DNA from: an uncultured Eubacterium sp.
GTDB lineage: Bacteria > Bacillota > Clostridia > Lachnospirales > Lachnospiraceae
Assembly (NCBI GenBank): GCA_947090545.1
Contig: CAMUPC010000001.1
Span: 1 to 63,335 of the forward strand
Direction: 5' to 3'
Length of the DNA: 63,335 nt
Positions 57,971 to 63,335 of this stretch are shown piece after piece. Position numbers and translations under genes: made by a program. Position 1 is the first letter of the stretch; every line of letters begins with the position of its first letter. Under the pieces are notes generated by a model. It was not told the DNA's origin, searched no databases, and saw nothing but the letters and a program-made list of their open reading frames with translations.

Positions 57971-60418
57971 ATGGTTATACAGCATAATATGAATGCAGTT
58001 GCAGCAGAACGCAGCCTGAGTGAAACGAAAGATCAACTTCATGTATCAACAAAAAAGCTTGCGTCAGGATATCGTGTAAATTCGTCAGCAGATGATGCGG
58101 CTGCATTAAAAATATCAGAAAAGATGCGTTGGCAGATACGAGGTTTGAATCGCGCATCAGACAATATTGGTGAAGGAGAAGAACTGGTTAAAGTTGCCGA
58201 AGGTGCACTACAGGAAGTACATGAGATGCTTCAGCGGCTGGTGGAGCTGACTGTGCAGGCGGCGAATGATACAAATAATGTAGAAGACCGTGATGCAATC
58301 CAACAGGAAATTAATCAGATCAAAAATGAGATCAATCGGATCGGTACAGACACAGAGTATAATAAAATAAAGATTTTTGAGCCTGGACTTCACAAAACAG
58401 TAAAATGTGAGCCGAGAGATATTTTAATCTATCACGAAGACAGCGCAACAGATCCAAGGGGATATCGGGAAGGCGGTATTATCTACAATGGAAAGCGTTA
58501 TTCTTATGAAAGCATGGGTATTAAATTTGATGCAAATGGTGATATACCTGCCGGGACTTACCAGGCACATGTATTGGCACAGGATGGCAGGCCAACAACG
58601 ATTGAACTGATTTTTGAAGGAGGAGACCGTATCCCAAGCGGCAGGAAATATACGCCTGAGGCAGACGCAGATGGAATACGGATCGACCATATTTTACATC
58701 CGTGGAGTACGATTAAAAATGAGAATGGTGAAAGCCTGAATCCGAACTGTACGAAGAAGGGAACCTATACTTTTGAACATGCAGGGATGTCATTCAGCTT
58801 TGATATAGAGGATGGAATGAGCCAGACGACGCTGATCAAATGGGTGAAGGAGGATTTGGTAAAGACATATGATTTTAGGAGTGATGGGGTGGAAATTGTA
58901 CAGGTGCCGGTAGTAGATCCTAATATATCGATTACAAGTGTAGCAATTAACTCGCAGGTTGCTCCTTTTATCCCGGGAAATACAACAAATAATACAAGTA
59001 GCTATATGATGGGTGCAGATGAAAAAGGATTGTGGCTGCGTATACCAGGTGCTTCTAATGTTGCGAGTCCGAACGTTCCCCAGGATCTATATATGTGTGA
59101 ATGGGAAGATCTTGAACTGGATGAATGGAAGGAAGGAGAGAGCGTAAATCCAGACAGTACAGTTACTGGGGGTGAGAAGCCGACAAGATATTTTTATATG
59201 GATTTTCCAAACTCAACGGTTCAAATTGGTTTTGAAGTGGATTCTGAGGTCAGCAGGCAGGAATTAATTAATGCGGTAAGAAATTGGCAAATTAACGTAA
59301 AGACTGACAGTGAAATGAATATCCGAAATACGAGTGCTGCAGCAGTGCCGATCACAATTATTCCAAGTATAGATGATACAAGTCCATCCTTAGATGCATA
59401 TGGTACACAGTTTCAGATGGGACTTTTTGGGAAGGATGTTCAGCGGCCTGTAAGGCTGGCGGATAATACAACAATTGTAGATGCCAATGATAAATTGGCT
59501 TTTACAATGAAAGATTGCAAGACTCCAACCCCAGAAACATATACTTTTGATGCAAATGTTACGGTCACTGATGTTACAAACAGGGCAAAAACAGATATTG
59601 GAAAGTATATTGAAGATTATGGGAAAGCTCTTGAGAAGAGACTGAATGGAGGTTGGGCTAATTTACCGTCGGAGACCGTGAATCGAACTCTCAGTTTTAA
59701 GTCCTCGGATGGATATCAGATGTCTTTTCAGTATACAGAGGATTTTGAAGAGTTTGGTATAGATGAAAAAAATGATGTATTTATAATCAAGGAGGAACAG
59801 GACCCTAATTTTCCAGATGATCCTGATAAAAAGGTAAAAGTAGTTGAGATTAATGAGCAAAAAAAGCAGGCTTATCAGGATCAATTAGCTCAACAGTTAG
59901 AGCAGTCTTTGCGTAATTCAACATTTACCATTGAAACGAATGGACAGGTAACCGCACATAATACGATTTTTTCTCCAAATATGACAGAAAATGTGCGTTA
60001 TACTTCATCGGTTACGGCACATTGCCGCAGCCTGAAAATACAGTCAAGCTATAATGAGGGAGATCACATTACAATTCCGCTTCCAGGTATGGATACGAAT
60101 ATTTTAGGCATTGACGATATTAAGGTTTATAGCTATGCGCAAGCATCTGATGCTATTAAAAAGGTTCACAAGGCTGTCAATATTGTCTCAGATATCCGCA
60201 GTGACTTTGGAGCAATCCATAATCGTTTGATAGCTGCAAGAATGGTGGATGATGTGATTGCAGAAAATGCACAATCAGCAGAATCTAAGGTTCGGGATAT
60301 GAATATGTCGTCCGGTGTAGTAGAGCAGTCTAAAAATAATATTTTAGGACAGATGAAGGAAGCTGTGCTTGCGCAGGCAAATCATATGAAAGATGGTGTT
60401 GCTACATTGTTGCAATGA
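57971..60418 (+). CDS. Large flagellin-like protein (815 aa)
   Basis: MVIQHN, LASGYRVNSSADDAAAL, LQRLVELTVQAAN; C-terminal RSDFGAIHNRL...ESKVRD...VATLLQ; ~550-aa central insert. Confidence 0.9.
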   Translation: MVIQHNMNAVAAERSLSETKDQLHVSTKKLASGYRVNSSADDAAALKISEKMRWQIRGLNRASDNIGEGEELVKVAEGALQEVHEMLQRLVELTVQAANDTNNVEDRDAIQQEINQIKNEINRIGTDTEYNKIKIFEPGLHKTVKCEPRDILIYHEDSATDPRGYREGGIIYNGKRYSYESMGIKFDANGDIPAGTYQAHVLAQDGRPTTIELIFEGGDRIPSGRKYTPEADADGIRIDHILHPWSTIKNENGESLNPNCTKKGTYTFEHAGMSFSFDIEDGMSQTTLIKWVKEDLVKTYDFRSDGVEIVQVPVVDPNISITSVAINSQVAPFIPGNTTNNTSSYMMGADEKGLWLRIPGASNVASPNVPQDLYMCEWEDLELDEWKEGESVNPDSTVTGGEKPTRYFYMDFPNSTVQIGFEVDSEVSRQELINAVRNWQINVKTDSEMNIRNTSAAAVPITIIPSIDDTSPSLDAYGTQFQMGLFGKDVQRPVRLADNTTIVDANDKLAFTMKDCKTPTPETYTFDANVTVTDVTNRAKTDIGKYIEDYGKALEKRLNGGWANLPSETVNRTLSFKSSDGYQMSFQYTEDFEEFGIDEKNDVFIIKEEQDPNFPDDPDKKVKVVEINEQKKQAYQDQLAQQLEQSLRNSTFTIETNGQVTAHNTIFSPNMTENVRYTSSVTAHCRSLKIQSSYNEGDHITIPLPGMDTNILGIDDIKVYSYAQASDAIKKVHKAVNIVSDIRSDFGAIHNRLIAARMVDDVIAENAQSAESKVRDMNMSSGVVEQSKNNILGQMKEAVLAQANHMKDGVATLLQ

Positions 60419-60509
60419 GAGTAGAATTTTTATATAATAGACTGAATGTAAAAAGTACAAATGTTACATAACGGAAATAATTATGAGAAATAAAGCAATG
60501 GAGGAACAA

Positions 60510-60875
60510 ATGGAAAACAACAGAAAAGAACAGTTGGAAGCATTAAAAGTATTATCGGATTTTCAGGACAAGTTTATTGCCAATACAGAGATTTTAATTG
60601 AAGAGCTAACGACTGTAAAAAAAGATGATACGGATGCGTTATTAAAAAGTGTCACAGATTCTGTAAATTGGGAAATCGGTGTTTTAAATGGTACTTTATC
60701 ACTGATTAATGAAGAATCCGAAAAATTAAGTAAAGAAGATATTAATAAAGCTGTCACAAATCTGGCAGATGCACTGCGGTCACAGGATGATCAGAAAATT
60801 GCAGATGCATTAGATAAAGAGTTGCTCCCAATGTTAAAAAAGATTCGGGAAGCTGTGACAGTATTTAGCAAATAG
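60510..60875 (+). CDS. Small helical hypothetical protein
   Basis: RBS GGAGG; C-terminal LADALRSQDDQKIADALDKELLPML resembles the 38740 ORF. Confidence 0.7.
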   Translation: MENNRKEQLEALKVLSDFQDKFIANTEILIEELTTVKKDDTDALLKSVTDSVNWEIGVLNGTLSLINEESEKLSKEDINKAVTNLADALRSQDDQKIADALDKELLPMLKKIREAVTVFSK

Positions 60876-60913
60876 GAATTAGTGGCTGATCGTCAAGGAT
60901 TGCCTGTTTGTAT

Positions 60914-60957
60914 GCACCGCACGATTTTGCAGTTATATTCATTTAATCGTGCGGTGC
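60914..60957. terminator. Stem-loop between convergent genes
   Basis: GCACCGCACGATT/AATCGTGCGGTGC, a 13-bp inverted repeat. Confidence 0.6.
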
Positions 60958-60984
60958 TATTAGCTTTCATTTTACGATTGGCTG

Positions 60985-62184
60985 TCAGAGATTATGAGAT
61001 GTCAATATTTGAAACATTTCACCCATTCTTTGTTCCAGACTATGGAGCTCCATAGCTTTCTGGAAACCGTTCTCAGCAATCTGCATTCTCTCTTCGTCAT
61101 GTGCAAGATAATACCGACACTTCTCCAGCAATTCCTCTTCGCTTGAATAAGTTTCTAAATCATGCCCTATTTCAAAATATTCGGGGATCTCACTTTGATA
61201 ATTTGTCAAAAGGAAGCCGCCGCAGGCAAGGATATCCCAGATTCTCAGCGGAAGTGCCGTCTTAATGGATTTAGCCGTCATATTCAGGTTTATTTTACTT
61301 AGCCGAAAGATTTTTGGCATGTCGGAGTATGTGCGTGCCAGTCCTTTATTATGAACGTTTGGCAGGGAGGAAGTATCGCTTCCGGTATAGAGATCTACAG
61401 AGAACTGTTCTGATAAACGTTTTAACAGCCGCATCCGCTCTTGTTCTGTGACCTTTGTACTTAAATATAGGTCGGCGACAACAGCGATCTCATTTTTTTC
61501 ATAATTATCTGGAAATTGATAAAATCCAGGCAGGTACTTCTTAAATTCTGTAACGAGTTTAGATGTGACTACTTCTCGAATAAAATTGTATCCGTAGACC
61601 TTCAATTGTGATTCAATAATGCCTTCCAGATACCCGCGCAGATATTCAGGAGGATTTTTTAATTTATTATAAGGGCATTTTTCGGTGTATAGAGATGCCA
61701 CAAAGGAAATATCGCAGCTATATTGTGACTGGTCGTTCTTTGTGATAGCGTCACAAATAGGTTTCATAGTCGATATATCAGATGCAAGAGGCAGGTAAAA
61801 GATACAGTTTGGATTCTTAGGAGCAAATTCTTCATACAGAGCATAATCGAATAAAAAAATACGGTTCCAAGGATGGTAAATAGCATTCGAGTATAATTCT
61901 AAAACGGGGCTGTCCACAATCCAGCAGACATATGGGGTTTTAAAAATATTGCATACCTCGGAAAGTACAGGAAAATAATTGATGCTGAATACGAGGTCAT
62001 AATGGGTCGCTTTAAGCGGTTCACTGACTAAGAGCATCTGTTCTTTTGGCGTCAGTTCTTTATTTTCCATTTCTTCCGTGATCTCTGTAATCTGAAAGCC
62101 CGATTGTTTCCAGACAGTTAGAATAGAAGATTCACAAATACTGTTATAGCGATAAAATAATATATTCATGATCGTATCCTTCAT
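60985..62184 (-). CDS. CgeB/DUF3880-type glycosyltransferase
   Basis: FSINYFP, WIVDSP, YLPLA, DISFVASLY, FRLSKINLN, PLRIWDILACGGFLLTNYQ. Confidence 0.85.
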   Translation of the reverse strand: MKDTIMNILFYRYNSICESSILTVWKQSGFQITEITEEMENKELTPKEQMLLVSEPLKATHYDLVFSINYFPVLSEVCNIFKTPYVCWIVDSPVLELYSNAIYHPWNRIFLFDYALYEEFAPKNPNCIFYLPLASDISTMKPICDAITKNDQSQYSCDISFVASLYTEKCPYNKLKNPPEYLRGYLEGIIESQLKVYGYNFIREVVTSKLVTEFKKYLPGFYQFPDNYEKNEIAVVADLYLSTKVTEQERMRLLKRLSEQFSVDLYTGSDTSSLPNVHNKGLARTYSDMPKIFRLSKINLNMTAKSIKTALPLRIWDILACGGFLLTNYQSEIPEYFEIGHDLETYSSEEELLEKCRYYLAHDEERMQIAENGFQKAMELHSLEQRMGEMFQILTSHNL

Positions 62185-62373
62185 TTTTATTCCATGCTTT
62201 TAATCTAAAAAAGCTGTTTTGCAAAAGTAAGTTTTGTTCTGCTACAGCATTTTAGATTCACAAAAACGAAACTGCAAGCTATGTCATTGTTATTGTGAAT
62301 CCAAAATGCCTGATTTTTACCTGCCTTTAAGATCAGAAAGAACCTGATTTATGGAGCAGATTAAAAGTAAAAT

Positions 62374-63150
62374 CTAAGTCCAAAAATTCTGCATCTTGCG
62401 CGCTTCATCCTGCATCTTCCGTTTCTGCATCATCAGCGAATATGTCTGCAATGTCCGCTGCTTATTCAGCTCCGTAATTGCTTTCCCATAATCGGTATCT
62501 GCAATTCTGCTGCGTGCAGCAGTTGTATTATAAGACGCATAGGAATTAAAGTTAATCGCATGGTCAAGACGGTTGGACTGCGCACCGCCGCGGCTGCGCA
62601 TACTGCTGACTTTGTTCAGCGCATTGTCAATCGTGTCCAGATCAAAGTCCTTCGTTACATCAAAGTCAGCGATACCAAGTGCCTTCAACGTAGAATTCGC
62701 ACCGTCGCCAACCAATACAGAATTACCGTTTCCATCAGATGCAATCTGGAATCCTCCCGGACGTGCGCCGTTCAGCAGGTTCTGATTGTTGTACTGCGTC
62801 TGGGATGCGATATCGGCAATGCCCTGTTTCATATGCTCGATCTCGTTTTGAATCCCGGCAATATCGTCATCGGTCATCAGTGCGCTGTTGGATGCCTGGA
62901 GAGCAAGTTCACGGATTCTCTGCAAATAATCCGTTACACCGCCGAGCGCTGCGTCAGAGATATTTAACAGGTCTTTGCCAGATTGTAGGTTATTTGTTGC
63001 CGCGTCATAGCCCTTTACCTGGGAATTTTGCTTTTCAGAGATCGCAAGCTCGGCTGCGCCATTTGCAGCGGATGTCAGCTTGTTGCCGCTTGCTATTTGA
63101 CCATATAAGGAATAGGATGACGCGCTGCTGATTCCTGAAATACCGCTCAT
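62374..63150 (-). CDS. Minimal flagellin-like protein (258 aa)
   Basis: IASGNKLTSAANGAAELAISEK, LQRIRELALQASN, RSRGGAQSNRLDH, ARSRIADTD; both termini divergent. Confidence 0.88.
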   Translation of the reverse strand: MSGISGISSASSYSLYGQIASGNKLTSAANGAAELAISEKQNSQVKGYDAATNNLQSGKDLLNISDAALGGVTDYLQRIRELALQASNSALMTDDDIAGIQNEIEHMKQGIADIASQTQYNNQNLLNGARPGGFQIASDGNGNSVLVGDGANSTLKALGIADFDVTKDFDLDTIDNALNKVSSMRSRGGAQSNRLDHAINFNSYASYNTTAARSRIADTDYGKAITELNKQRTLQTYSLMMQKRKMQDEARKMQNFWT

Positions 63151-63198
63151 AAAATCACTCCTTTCATATCGTAAAAAAGCCTATATGTCTCTATAAAT

Positions 63199-63227
63199 AA
63201 CATACCGCGAAAATGCGTATTTGTCAA
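63199..63227 (-). promoter_or_regulatory. Sigma-A-like promoter of the minimal flagellin
   Basis: TTGACA-N17-TATGTT on the minus strand. Confidence 0.5.
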
Positions 63228-63284
63228 ATAGAAAAACGGGTGGTTGAGAAGGAATGTGTAAATGTGGATGAGTGTTTGTGGGAG

Positions 63285-63335
63285 GGACGCTGGAGGAAGG
63301 GGAGCGGGGCTGGCTTCCTGTTCCGGTTCCAAAAT
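63285..63335 (-). repeat. Palindromic element copy F (truncated by window end)
   Basis: Exact 51-bp reverse complement of positions 170-220. Confidence 0.95.

Noticed and set aside
57971-60418. Flagellinolysin (metallopeptidase flagellin)
   Set aside because: No HExxH motif in the central region.
1-63335. The whole window as one composite transposon bounded by inverted repeats
   Set aside because: It contains core genes (dnaX, recR, pfkA). The terminal copies face as halves of separate pairs and are better explained as assembly breakpoints.

Overview
A 63.3-kb chromosomal window from a motile, Lachnospiraceae-like Clostridia bacterium; the taxon is inferred from gene content. Left part: a sugar-binding lipoprotein, a GH2/GPH-transporter/AraC unit, pfkA, dnaX-ybaB-recR-LysM-DUF5711-CvpA and a surface protein. 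Middle: the late flagellar cluster (flgM, flgN, two flgK, flgL, fliW, csrA, flaG, fliD, fliS, fliT-like). Right part: an AT-rich flagellin-glycosylation island with a legionaminic-acid-type pathway, Maf, an FkbM/ACP/FkbH module and three very different flagellins. The most striking unexplained structure is a family of ~260-bp palindromic intergenic elements (6 copies, 2 cut by the window ends). They occur as inverted pairs around ~300-320-bp variable spacers and show compensatory stem variation, conserved T.T mismatches, GNA triloops typical of ssDNA hairpins and polar C/G-skewed flanks. No cognate transposase is in the window. Other leads: three paralogous membrane-anchored orphan genes with an XRE regulator, a papain-like protease/wHTH/small-peptide cassette, a CsrA-type GGA hairpin array in the leg operon, a G10 tract in a deacetylase, and a candidate ~75-nt sRNA. 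All calls come from reading motifs by eye; no database searches were run.
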